A stretch of DNA of 64,000 nt, from assembly GCA_963555825.3 (NCBI GenBank), contig CAUVXB020000002.1, positions 3,040,001 through 3,104,000 on the forward strand, given 5' to 3'. The notes below the pieces were generated by a model, which saw only the letters and a list, made by a program, of their open reading frames with translations, was not told where the DNA came from and searched no databases. This DNA comes from Alphaproteobacteria bacterium (GTDB lineage: Bacteria > Pseudomonadota > Alphaproteobacteria > JAAXGF01). Below, piece after piece: positions 40,688 through 50,320 of this stretch (position 1 is its first letter; every line of letters begins with the position of its first letter). The position numbers were made by a program, and so were the translations under genes.

Positions 40688-41611
40688 ATGTTCCCGCGTC
40701 TCGATATGCGCCACTTGCAGATGTTGGTCGCGATCGCCGATACCGGCAGCGTCACCCGCGCCGCCGCGTTGCTCGGCGTCACCCAGTCGGCGTTGAGCCA
40801 TCGTTTGCACGAGGCCGAGCGGCGGCTCGATGCGGCGCTCTTCAGCCGGGTGAACAAGCGCCTGCGCATGACCCCGGCGGCCGAGCGACTTTACGGCGTC
40901 GCGATGCGCACGTTGGTCGGGCTCGAGCGTACCGAGGCCGAGGTCGAGCGATCGACCCACGGCGTCCGCCATGTGGCGCGCCTCGGCATCGGCGCCTACA
41001 CGCGCTGCCATTGGCTGCCCGAATTTCTCGACCTGGTCGGCGAGACGATGCCCGAGGTCGAGATCAACGTGGTCGCCGACGCCATGCAGAGGCCGTTCGA
41101 GATGCTGACCGAGGGCGCGGTCGACGTCACCGTCATGGTCGGTGAGCCGTCGGGCCCGGGCCTGCGCGTCATTCCAATGTTCGACGACGAGCTGATCGCC
41201 ATCGTGGCGCCCGACCACAGGCTCGCGGATCGGTCTTACATCGTCGCCGACGACCTGGTCGAGGAGACTTACATCACCTACAGCTGGACGCATGTGCCGG
41301 GCCATGCCCATGACCTCCTGATGCGGCCGGCCAACCTGTTCCCGCGGCGCTCGATGCGCGTCGAGCTGCCCGACGCCATCGTCGAGCTGGTGCGCGCCAA
41401 GTTCGGCATCAGCATCTTGACGCGCTGGGCGGTCGAGCAGGACATCGCCGACGGACGGCTGGTCGGCCTGCCGATCACCGATCGCGGCATGACGATCGCG
41501 TGGTCGGCGGTGGTGCGCGATGCCGACGGCGCCGGTTCAATATCGCACCGGCTCGCCGCCGCGCTCGCCCGCTGGTCGGGCGGTGACGCCATCGGATCGA
41601 CGGCCGCATAG
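40688..41611 (+). CDS. LysR-family regulator (MetR-like subgroup)
   Basis: LDMRHLQML..IADTGSVTRAA.LLGVTQSALSH, CHWLP. Confidence 0.92.
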   Translation: MFPRLDMRHLQMLVAIADTGSVTRAAALLGVTQSALSHRLHEAERRLDAALFSRVNKRLRMTPAAERLYGVAMRTLVGLERTEAEVERSTHGVRHVARLGIGAYTRCHWLPEFLDLVGETMPEVEINVVADAMQRPFEMLTEGAVDVTVMVGEPSGPGLRVIPMFDDELIAIVAPDHRLADRSYIVADDLVEETYITYSWTHVPGHAHDLLMRPANLFPRRSMRVELPDAIVELVRAKFGISILTRWAVEQDIADGRLVGLPITDRGMTIAWSAVVRDADGAGSISHRLAAALARWSGGDAIGSTAA

Positions 41612-41640
41612 AAAACCGGCCGGGGCGTTGGCCCCGGCCG
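41612..41640. terminator. Hairpin terminator between convergent LysR and gdhA
   Basis: AAAAC-CGGCCGGGGC/GCCCCGGCCG. Confidence 0.5.
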
Positions 41641-41671
41641 TCTATCGTCGTCGTCAAGCCGGTCGCGGGGG

Positions 41672-43030
41672 TTAGACCACGCCGTAAGCGAGCATCGCGT
41701 CGGCCACCTTGACGAAGCCGGCGACGTTGGCGCCCCTGAGGTAGTTGACGTAGGTGTCGCTTTCCTGACCGTACTGGACGCAGCTCTCGTGGATGCCGGT
41801 CATGGTGTCCTTGAGCAGCCTCTGGAGCTCGTCCTCCGACCATGAGATGCGCGCGCTGTTCTGGCTCATCTCGAGGCCCGAGACGGCGACGCCGCCGGCG
41901 TTTGCCATCTTGCTCGGCGCGAACATGATCTTGGCCTCGATGTAGTGGTCGATGCCTTCCTTGACGGTCGGCATGTTGGCGCCTTCCGAGACGCCAGTGC
42001 AGCCGTTGGCGATCAGCGTCTTGGCCTCGTCGAGGGTAATCTCGTTCTGCGTCGCGCAGGGCAGCGCGATGTCGCAGGGCACGCCCCAGGGCCGCTCGCC
42101 CTCGTGGAAGGACGCGTTCGGGTATTCGTCGGCGTATTCCGAGATGCGCCCGCGGCGGACCTGCTTGAGGTCGTGGATGTAATCGAGCTTCGCGGCGTCG
42201 ATGCCGTCGGGGTCGTGGATGAAGCCGCCCGAGTCCGACAGCGTCACCACCTTGCCGCCGAGCTGGTTGACCTTCTCGGTGGCGTAATGGGCGACGTTGC
42301 CCGAGCCCGAGACGAGGCAGTTCTTGCCCTCCATGGTGTCGCCGCGCACGGCGAGCATGTTCTCCATGGTGTAGACCGTGCCGTAGCCGGTCGCCTCGGT
42401 GCGGATCTTGCTGCCGCCGTACTCCATGCCCTTGCCGGTCAGCACGCCGACGAAGCGGTTGGTGATGCGTTTGTACTGGCCGAACATATAGCCGATCTCG
42501 CGCCCGCCGACGCCGATGTCGCCGGCCGGAACGTCTGTGTCTTCGCCGATGTGGCGATAGAGCTCGGTGATGAAGGACTGACAAAAGCGCATGACCTCAT
42601 GATCCGACTTGCCCTTTGGGTTGAAATCGGCGCCGCCCTTGCCGCCGCCCATGGGCAGGCCGGTCAGGCTGTTCTTGAAGGTCTGCTCGAAGGCGAGGAA
42701 CTTGAGAACGCTCTGGGTCACGCTGGGGTGGAAGCGGATGCCGCCCTTGTAGGGCCCGATGGCGTTGTTGTTCTGGATGCGATAGCCGCGCTGGGTACGG
42801 ATTTTGCTGTCGTCGTCTTCCCAGCAAACCCGGAAGCTGATCACGCGATCAGGCTCGGCCAGGCGCTCGAGAATCTGATACTCGGTATAGATCGGTTTGT
42901 CGATTGTGTAGGGGATGACCGTGGCGGCGACTTCCTCGACCGCCTGGTGAAATTCCGTCTCCCCTGGATTGCGTCTCACGACGCCGTTCATGAAGTTCTC
43001 GAGCTGATGTTCGACGGTGCTGCCCCTCAT
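41672..43030 (-). CDS. gdhA: NADP-specific glutamate dehydrogenase
   Basis: EFHQAV, GPYKGGIRFHPSV, LPMGGGKGG, DVPAGDIGVG, RTEATGYG, ANAGGVAVSGLEMSQN. Confidence 0.97.
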   Translation of the reverse strand: MRGSTVEHQLENFMNGVVRRNPGETEFHQAVEEVAATVIPYTIDKPIYTEYQILERLAEPDRVISFRVCWEDDDSKIRTQRGYRIQNNNAIGPYKGGIRFHPSVTQSVLKFLAFEQTFKNSLTGLPMGGGKGGADFNPKGKSDHEVMRFCQSFITELYRHIGEDTDVPAGDIGVGGREIGYMFGQYKRITNRFVGVLTGKGMEYGGSKIRTEATGYGTVYTMENMLAVRGDTMEGKNCLVSGSGNVAHYATEKVNQLGGKVVTLSDSGGFIHDPDGIDAAKLDYIHDLKQVRRGRISEYADEYPNASFHEGERPWGVPCDIALPCATQNEITLDEAKTLIANGCTGVSEGANMPTVKEGIDHYIEAKIMFAPSKMANAGGVAVSGLEMSQNSARISWSEDELQRLLKDTMTGIHESCVQYGQESDTYVNYLRGANVAGFVKVADAMLAYGVV

Positions 43031-43183
43031 AGTCCTGTCTCCTCCCGCTGGCCCCTTCGGGCGTTCATTTTTAATAATCCAATTTACGCAGCGAAATCAG
43101 ATATTTACTGCAAACTCACCGACCATTATAACCCTCGTCCAAGTCCGCAACGGTTTTCGGCGCAACCGGACGCGGCGCTGTCG

Positions 43184-44419
43184 TCAGAAACTGTAGCCGT
43201 AAACCACGCCGACGGTGCCGAGCCCCTCGTTGTTGTCGGCGAGCGATGCATTCGACATATGGTCGAAGCGCAGTGACAGCGCGTGATGCCCTTCGAAGCG
43301 GTAACCGATTTCGAGCGCCTCGCGGAACAGCACGCGCGAACCGAGCTCCTTCCTGTCGAGCGCGGAGGTCGAGGTCTCGCCGTCGTGCACCGCGCCACCG
43401 AGTTCGAACGAGCCGAAAAACGGCCCCCAGATCTGCCAGTCCCAGGTCAGCCCGGTGTGGGCCGAGCTCGTGTCGCCCTCGCTGTTGATGTTGACGCCGA
43501 GGTGGGCGCGGGGCTGCCAGATGGTGTCCCAGAAGCCGCCCGTGAAGCGCACGAACCGGACCTCGACCGAGACGTCGACGCCGTCTTCCTTGTTGCGTCC
43601 GAAGATACCGGCGTCGTGATGATGGACGCCGAGGCGGACCTCGGAGATGCCGAACCAGGGCCCGGCCCGGCCCGGCGCGGTGGCTTCGGAACGCATCGCC
43701 GTCTCGCCGGGCGCCGTGGTCGCCTGATCCGAGCCGGCTATGACGGTGGGCTGATCGTACGTCACGTAGCCCTGCGTCTGCGTATAGCTGGGCGCGGGCG
43801 CGTAGACCGGCGCTGGCGCATAGGCGGGCGACGCAGTATAGCCTGAGGCGGGCGCGTAGATGGCCAGCGCCGCGTAGCTCGGCTGCGGCGTGTAGGCCGG
43901 CGGGACGGGCGACGCAGTATAGCCCGATGCGGGCGCGTAGGTGGCCAGCGCGGCGTAGCTCGGCTGCGGCGTGTAGGCCGGCGGGACGGGCGGCGGAGCC
44001 ATGCCGGCGCCGGCGGCGATCTCGTTGGTGAAAGCGGGAAAGGCGATGCCCGAGCGGTGCACGATGGCGTCGCGAAAGCCCGGCGCCCGCTGGATCGCGG
44101 CGCCGACGATGGCGCTGGTCGAACCCGGATGGCGGGCGATGCCGCTGACCACCGCCTCGGTGATCGCGGTCTCCGAGATGCGCAGCTGGGTGCGCGCCGC
44201 GACGTCGTCGTGGGACGGCGCGCGCGCGATGGCGGCGCTGATCGCGGCGTTGTCGGCGGCCGAGCTGCCCGCCGCGATCGCCGCGTCGAGCGCCTGCGCC
44301 ACATCGGCTGGCAAGGCGCCGCCTTGCGCCAGCGCCAGCGACGCGCTCATCGAAAGAAAAATCGTCGCGAGCACCGTTACGCAGGTGTGCCCGCGCCGGC
44401 TCGTACCGCCCATCCTCAT
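43184..44419 (-). CDS. PagL-like acyloxyacyl hydrolase barrel with long N-terminal extension
   Basis: C-terminal LGSRVLFRE..E.GY, DHMSNA (H-x-S), NEG, terminal YSF; signal peptide; start uncertain. Confidence 0.8.
   Translation of the reverse strand: MRMGGTSRRGHTCVTVLATIFLSMSASLALAQGGALPADVAQALDAAIAAGSSAADNAAISAAIARAPSHDDVAARTQLRISETAITEAVVSGIARHPGSTSAIVGAAIQRAPGFRDAIVHRSGIAFPAFTNEIAAGAGMAPPPVPPAYTPQPSYAALATYAPASGYTASPVPPAYTPQPSYAALAIYAPASGYTASPAYAPAPVYAPAPSYTQTQGYVTYDQPTVIAGSDQATTAPGETAMRSEATAPGRAGPWFGISEVRLGVHHHDAGIFGRNKEDGVDVSVEVRFVRFTGGFWDTIWQPRAHLGVNINSEGDTSSAHTGLTWDWQIWGPFFGSFELGGAVHDGETSTSALDRKELGSRVLFREALEIGYRFEGHHALSLRFDHMSNASLADNNEGLGTVGVVYGYSF
43825..43992. repeat. Intragenic 81-bp tandem repeat x2
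   Basis: Encodes PVPPAYTPQPSYAALA(T/I)YAPASGYTAS twice. Confidence 0.9.
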
Positions 44420-44599
44420 TCGTCAACCCCGCCCGTTCGCACCGTGGTGTCGATGCGAATCACCCCCCGGGTAACGCACCGCGGCCAGCCTACCGTGCGC
44501 ACCGGACGCCGACAAGCCGCTGCTTGCGCTTTCCTTGCCGGCGGGCCCCTGATAACTAGGGCAAGGCTCGAACGTCTATTGGAACAAGGGAGACCGGTC

Positions 44600-45262
44600 A
44601 TGAATCTCGGCAGGCTCGGCCTCAGCGAGGCGCTCTACGACTACATCCTTTCGGTGTCATTGCGCGAGGCCGACGTGCTTCGCCGGCTGCGCGAGGAGAC
44701 CGCGCGGATGCCGATGGCGATCATGCAGATCGCGCCCGAGCAGGGCCAGTTCATGGCGCTTATCGTCGAGCTGATCGGCGCCAAGCGGACCCTCGATGTC
44801 GGCGTCTTCACCGGCTACTCGAGCCTCGCGGTGGCGCTCGCGCTGCCCGATGACGGGCACATAACCGCCTGCGACGTGAGCGAGGAATGGACGGCGATCG
44901 CGCGGCGTTACTGGGCGGAAGCCGGCGTCGCCGACAAGGTCGACCTGCGCCTCGCGCCGGCGATCGAGACGCTCGACGCGCTGCTCGCCAACGGCCGGGC
45001 GGGCAGCTACGATTTCGCCTTCATCGATGCCGAGAAGACCGAGTACGCCGACTATTTCGAGCGCGTTCTCCAGCTGCTGCGCCAGGGCGGCCTGGTCGCC
45101 GTCGACAACGTGCTGTGGAACGGCGCGGTCGCCGATCCGTCCAATGACGAAGACGACACCAATGCGATCCGTGCCTTCAATGAAAAGCTGCACGCCGACG
45201 ACCGCGTCAGCCTCAGTCTGCTGCCGCTCGCCGATGGCCTAACGCTGGCCAGGAAGCGCTAG
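44600..45262 (+). CDS. SAM-dependent O-methyltransferase (CCoAOMT/MdmC-like)
   Basis: MQIAPEQGQF, VGVFTGYS, FDFAFIDA-like YDFAFIDAEK, VDNVLW.G. Confidence 0.92.
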   Translation: MNLGRLGLSEALYDYILSVSLREADVLRRLREETARMPMAIMQIAPEQGQFMALIVELIGAKRTLDVGVFTGYSSLAVALALPDDGHITACDVSEEWTAIARRYWAEAGVADKVDLRLAPAIETLDALLANGRAGSYDFAFIDAEKTEYADYFERVLQLLRQGGLVAVDNVLWNGAVADPSNDEDDTNAIRAFNEKLHADDRVSLSLLPLADGLTLARKR

Positions 45263-45264
45263 AC

Positions 45265-46575
45265 ATGTCGCCGCGCGACCCGCTCCTGACCGATCCGTCG
45301 CAAGGTTCGGGCTGGTACACCATACTGCCCGATCCGCCTCCGGCGACGCGGCTGGTCGGCGATCAGACGGCCGACTGGGTAGTCGCCGGCGCGGGTGTCA
45401 CCGGGCTCGGCGCGGCGCGGCGGCTCGGCGAGCTGTTTCCCGACGCGCGCGTCGTGCTGCTCGAAGCGCTCCGCGCCGGCTACGGCACCTCGGGGCGCAA
45501 CGCCGGCTTCATCATCGACACGCCCCATCTGACCGAGGGCCTCGACCAGGCCCACAACGAATGCGTCTCGCGCATCGTGCGCGCCGGACGCAAACAGCTC
45601 GAGAGCGTCGTACGAGATCACCAGATCGAATGCGAGTGGTCCGAGATCGGTCACCTCCACGCGGTCGTCGGCACGCGGTTCACGCATGCGCTGGCGAACA
45701 CCTGCCGGCTGCTCGAGCAGGCCGGCGACGACTTCCAATGGCTCGACGGTGACGCCATCGCCGAGATCGTCGGCACGAACCACTATTCGGCCGCCGTGCG
45801 CGTGCCCAGCACCGTCCTGATGAACCCGGCGGCGATGTGCCGCGGCCTCGCCGCGACCATGCCGGCCAACGTCGAGGTCATCGAGGAGTCGCCGGTGACG
45901 CGCGTCACGCCGGGTGTGCCGGTGCGCGTCGAATGCGCCCAAGGGACGATCACCACGCCGAACCTGCTGCTCGCGACCAACGCCTACACGACGGCGCTGG
46001 GTTTCCTCGAGGGCGAGACCTTCCCGATGCTCGCCTGCGCGAGCCTGTCGCGCCCGCTGACCGAGGCCGAGCAGGCGGCCATGCCGGGCGCGCGCGAGTG
46101 GGCGCTGACGCCCGGCGTATCGATGGGCTCGACGCTGCGCCGAACACGCGGCCAGCGCATATTGTTCCGCAACGTCGTCCGCCACGCCGGCGATTTCCGC
46201 ATCGACGACGGTTTCCGGCGGCGCCTGCGCAACGCCCACCAAAACCGCCAGGCCAAGCGCTTCCCCGCCTTCGCCGACCTCGAACTCGAGCAGACTTGGG
46301 GCGGTGTCATCTGCATGACGCGCAACAAGCAGGGTGTCTTCGGCCGCCTCGCGCCCGGCGTCTTCGCCTCGGGCGCCGACAACGGGGTCGGCATCGCGCG
46401 CGGCACGATCTCGGGCGGGCTGCTCGCCGAATACGCCGCCGGCGGAGGCTCGACGCTGATCGACGACGCCAAGGCGCTGGCCGGGCCCAACCGACTGCCG
46501 CCCAAGCCGGCGCTCACGCTCGGCATCAACGCGCGTATGGCCTGGATGCGCCTACGCAACCTCGGCGAGGCCTAG
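45265..46575 (+). CDS. FAD-dependent oxidoreductase (PuuB/DadA-like)
   Basis: GAGVTGL, GTSGRNAGF, ATNAY, WGG, NGVGIARGT. Confidence 0.88.
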   Translation: MSPRDPLLTDPSQGSGWYTILPDPPPATRLVGDQTADWVVAGAGVTGLGAARRLGELFPDARVVLLEALRAGYGTSGRNAGFIIDTPHLTEGLDQAHNECVSRIVRAGRKQLESVVRDHQIECEWSEIGHLHAVVGTRFTHALANTCRLLEQAGDDFQWLDGDAIAEIVGTNHYSAAVRVPSTVLMNPAAMCRGLAATMPANVEVIEESPVTRVTPGVPVRVECAQGTITTPNLLLATNAYTTALGFLEGETFPMLACASLSRPLTEAEQAAMPGAREWALTPGVSMGSTLRRTRGQRILFRNVVRHAGDFRIDDGFRRRLRNAHQNRQAKRFPAFADLELEQTWGGVICMTRNKQGVFGRLAPGVFASGADNGVGIARGTISGGLLAEYAAGGGSTLIDDAKALAGPNRLPPKPALTLGINARMAWMRLRNLGEA

Positions 46576-46609
46576 GCCGTCCGCAGAGCCAGATCTTGGA
46601 GTCGGTAAA

Positions 46610-46674
46610 TATAGGGGTCAGACACCTTTTATTTCGATGTTTCCATTCCGTTATAATGGTGTCTGACCCCTATA
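46610..46674. repeat. 17-bp perfect inverted repeat with AT-rich spacer (REP/MITE-like)
   Basis: TATAGGGGTCAGACACC-N31-GGTGTCTGACCCCTATA. Confidence 0.8.
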
Positions 46675-46700
46675 ATTCTGTCGCCGGCGCAAACAATCGT

Positions 46701-47981
46701 TCAAGAGGCGTCGCCGGCGCTCGTCGTGAAGCGTCGGACGGCGTCGTCCAAGACGCGCAGCAACTCGGGCGTAATCTTGCCATCGACTTCGAGGCCGGCG
46801 CCGCGCTGGAATTCGCGCACGGCGTGCCGGGTGCCCCATCCGACGATGCCGTCGACCGCCCTGTCGTATAGGCCGAGCGTGACCAGCCGGCGTTGCGCGG
46901 TCAATTCGATGCGGCCGAACTCCGCGGTCTCCTTGGCGCGGACTGGTTGCGGCGCGGTCGTCCGTGCCGCGCTCTCGCGCCGCAACGCGGTGACGCGCGC
47001 CTCGGCCGCCGCGAGCTGGTCGTCGTCGAGACGGGTGACCAGCTGGATGCGGTGCGCTTCGGCGACCTCGGCGCCGGCTTCCGCCGCCAGCATCAGCCAG
47101 GCGAAGGCCTCGACGGTGTCGCGCTCGAGCCCCTGGCCATTGGCCAGCATGAACGCGAGGTTGACCCGCGCCTCGTCGTCGCCCTGCTCGGCGGCGGCGC
47201 GGTACCAGCGCGCGGCGGCGGCGTGGTCGCGCGCGACGCCGACGCCATAGCTCAACATGATCGCCAGATTGGCCTGCGCCATGGCGAGGCCCTGCTCGGC
47301 GGCGGCACGGTACCAACGCACCGCCTGCTCGGTGCTCAGCGGCAGCTGGTCGCCGCGTTCGTACATGAAGCCCAGATTGTTCTGGCTCGGCGCGAAACCG
47401 GCCTCGGCCGCGCGCTCGAACCACTCGACGGCGCGCGCGGCGTCCTTCGCCACGCCGAGGCCCTGCTGATACAGCTCGCCCAGGTTATGCTGCGCGGCCG
47501 CGAAGCCCTGGTCGGCGGCGGCCCGGTACCATTCGGCGGCGACGCCGGGGTTGGCCGCGACGCCGTCACCGGTCTCGTACGACAGGCCGAGCGTGAACTG
47601 CGCCTCGGCCATGCCCAGATCGGCCGCCTTGCGGTACCAGGCGAGTGCCTTGTCCCGGTCGGCGTCGACCAGGACACCGTCGTCGAAGACGCGGGCAAGA
47701 CGGAATTGCGCGGCGGTGAAGCCCGTCTTTGCCGCGCGCTGGTACCATTCGATGGCGCGGACGGCATCGTCGGGTTCGCCGAAACCGTTCTCGTGGAGTA
47801 CCGCGACGTTGTACATGGCGTCGAGGTCGCCGCCGCGCGCGAGCGGCAGCCAGAGCGCGAGTGCGAGTTCGCGGTCGCCCGATCGGTAGGCGTCCCAGCC
47901 GGCTTCGAAATCGGCATGCGCGGACTGCATGACGACGACAGTGAGAGCGAGGGCGAGGGCGATGGCGCGCATGACCGTCAT
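46701..47981 (-). CDS. Sel1-repeat protein with C-terminal peptidoglycan-binding domain
   Basis: Signal peptide, repeated AQ.NLG..Y..G.GV..D...A..WY..AA, C-terminal LGLY...VDGIVG..T..AVREFQ..GL.VDG. Confidence 0.9.
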   Translation of the reverse strand: MTVMRAIALALALTVVVMQSAHADFEAGWDAYRSGDRELALALWLPLARGGDLDAMYNVAVLHENGFGEPDDAVRAIEWYQRAAKTGFTAAQFRLARVFDDGVLVDADRDKALAWYRKAADLGMAEAQFTLGLSYETGDGVAANPGVAAEWYRAAADQGFAAAQHNLGELYQQGLGVAKDAARAVEWFERAAEAGFAPSQNNLGFMYERGDQLPLSTEQAVRWYRAAAEQGLAMAQANLAIMLSYGVGVARDHAAAARWYRAAAEQGDDEARVNLAFMLANGQGLERDTVEAFAWLMLAAEAGAEVAEAHRIQLVTRLDDDQLAAAEARVTALRRESAARTTAPQPVRAKETAEFGRIELTAQRRLVTLGLYDRAVDGIVGWGTRHAVREFQRGAGLEVDGKITPELLRVLDDAVRRFTTSAGDAS

Positions 47982-48105
47982 TTCCGATGACCACGGCCCG
48001 ATTGGCGGACGCCGCGATAGGCCCTATGATGCGCCGCGCCGTCCGCCGCGCGCAAGCGCCGGATGGCGCGTGACCCCGTCCAACGATCGAGATCGCCGAC
48101 GCGCC

Positions 48106-48723
48106 ATGACGCCCGATTATTGGTCCGACGCCGTCGCCGCGCTGCGCGCGGCCGATCCGGTCATGGCGCGACTGATCGCCGCCTACCCGGCCGAGGCGCT
48201 GGTGTCGCGCGACGATCCCTTCGGTACGCTGGCGCGCTCGATCGTCGGCCAGCAGATTTCCGTCGTCGCCGCGTCGAGCGTGTGGGCGCGCCTCGAACGG
48301 AAATTCGGCGCGGTCGCCCCGGCGACCCTCGGGGCGGCCACTGACGACAGCCTTCTCGGCTGCGGTCTTTCACGGCAAAAAACCCGTTATCTCAAGGATT
48401 TGGCGAGCCAATTCCTGTGCGGTTCGCTCGATCCGGCGGGCTGGCGCGGACAGGACGACGAGGCGCTCATCGCCGACCTCACCCGGGTCAAGGGGATCGG
48501 CCGTTGGACCGCCGAGATGTTCCTGATGTTTCACCTCATGCGGCCCGACGTACTGCCGCTCGACGACATCGGCCTGCAGCGCGCGACCGGGTTGCACTAC
48601 GGCGACGGCGGCAAGCTCGCCAAGGCGGCGATCGAACCCCTTGCCGAAGCCTGGCGGCCGTGGCGCACGGTCGCGACCTGGTACCTCTGGCGCAGCCTCG
48701 ACCCGATCCCGGTCGCCTACTGA
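48106..48723 (+). CDS. DNA-3-methyladenine glycosylase (AlkA-like HhH-GPD)
   Basis: RSIVGQQIS, KGIGRWTAEM, DVLPLDD.GL, WRPWRTVATWYLW. Confidence 0.92.
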   Translation: MTPDYWSDAVAALRAADPVMARLIAAYPAEALVSRDDPFGTLARSIVGQQISVVAASSVWARLERKFGAVAPATLGAATDDSLLGCGLSRQKTRYLKDLASQFLCGSLDPAGWRGQDDEALIADLTRVKGIGRWTAEMFLMFHLMRPDVLPLDDIGLQRATGLHYGDGGKLAKAAIEPLAEAWRPWRTVATWYLWRSLDPIPVAY

Positions 48724-50320
48724 CCCGGCGGGGCGGCGCGCGCCACCCCGCCGCCGCGCCGCTCAGATGGTGAAGGCGAGTTCGCCCAGGCGCTTGGTCA
48801 GCTTCATGTTCTCGGCGTAGTCGATCGGGATGGCGATCAGTGCCGGGCCCTCCTGTCGGAACGCTTCCTCGAGCGCCGGCTTGAGCTGGTCGGCCGCGGT
48901 CAGCGTCTTGCCCCACAGGCCGAACGCCTCGGCGAGCTTCTCGAAGTCGGGGTTGGAGAAATCGAGCTTCGAGTGCTTGCCGTCGAACGAGTTCTGCTGC
49001 TTCCACTTGATCAGGCCGTACTCTTCGTCGCACCAGACGATGGCGACGACGTTCAGCTTGTAGCGCACCGCCGTTTCGAGGTCCTGCACGTTCATCAAGA
49101 AGCCGGCGTCTCCGCTGATCGACACCACATTGCGGTCGGGGAAGGCGATCTTGGCGCCGATCGAGCCCGGGAAGGCGAAGCCCATGGTGCAGAAACCATT
49201 CGAGATCAGGCAGGTGTTTGGCTCGTCGCACTGGTAGTAGCGCGAGATCCACATCTTATGGGCGCCGACGTCGGACAACAGGATGTCCGCGGGGCCCATC
49301 ACCTCGCGCACGTCCCACAGCACCTTCTGCGGCTTCATCGGGAACGAGGTGTCGTCCTTCTCCATGGCGAAGTCGTCGAGGATGGTCTGGCGCAGCGCGG
49401 CGCGGTCGTTGATGTCCCACAGCGGCAGGTGATCGCCGTGCTTGTCGTTGAGCTCCTCGTTGATCTGCCACAAGGCGTCGGCGATGTCGGCCTCGATGTC
49501 GACGTCGACGTGGTAGTCCTCGTCGATCTCGCAGGCCCAGAAGTCGATGTGGATGATCTTCTTGCCGCCGTGCTTGTTCCAGAAATGCGGCGCGTACTCG
49601 ACCAGGTCGTAGCCGACCGAGATGACGACGTCGGCCTCGTCGAGCGCGGCGTTGACGTGGTCGCGCCCCTGCAGGCCGATGGTGAACAGGCAATGCGGGT
49701 CGCTGCGTCCGACCGCGCCCTTGCCCATGAAGGTGTTGACCACCCCGATGCCGGCCTTGTGCGCCAGGCGCTCGAGCTGCTGGGCGGCGCGTTTGCGCAC
49801 CGCGCCGTTGCCCGCCAGGATGATCGGGTTCTTGGCGCCGGCGATGATCTCGGCCGCCTGGCTGACCGCCTTGTGATCGGCCGCCGGTCGCCGCGTCTTG
49901 ACGACCTCCAAGGGTTGCCCTTCGGCCTCGTGCTCGGCGAGGTCCTCGGGCAGCTCGATGATCGTCGCGCCGGGCTTCTCGGCGACCGCCAGCTTGAATG
50001 CCTTGCGGACGATCTCGGGGATGTTGTTCTGGTGGAAGACCGTCTGTGCCCATTTGGTGATCGGCGAGAACATGGTGATCGCGTCCATCGCCTGATGGCT
50101 CTCCTTGTGCAGACGGTTGGTGTTCGCCTGGCCGATGATGCCGACCAGCGGCGCGCGGTCCATGTTGGCGTCGGCGACACCGGTCACCAGGTTGGTCGCG
50201 CCCGGGCCCAGCGTGCCGAGACACACGCCCGGCCTGCTGGTGAGTCGGCCATAGACGTCGGCCATGAACGCGGCGGCCTGCTCGTGGCGGCACAGGATGA
50301 ATCTAATGTGGCTGTCCATC

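Noticed and set aside
43825-43992. CRISPR-like array
   Set aside because: In-frame 81-bp coding tandem repeat with no spacers and no cas genes; no CRISPR array seen anywhere in the window
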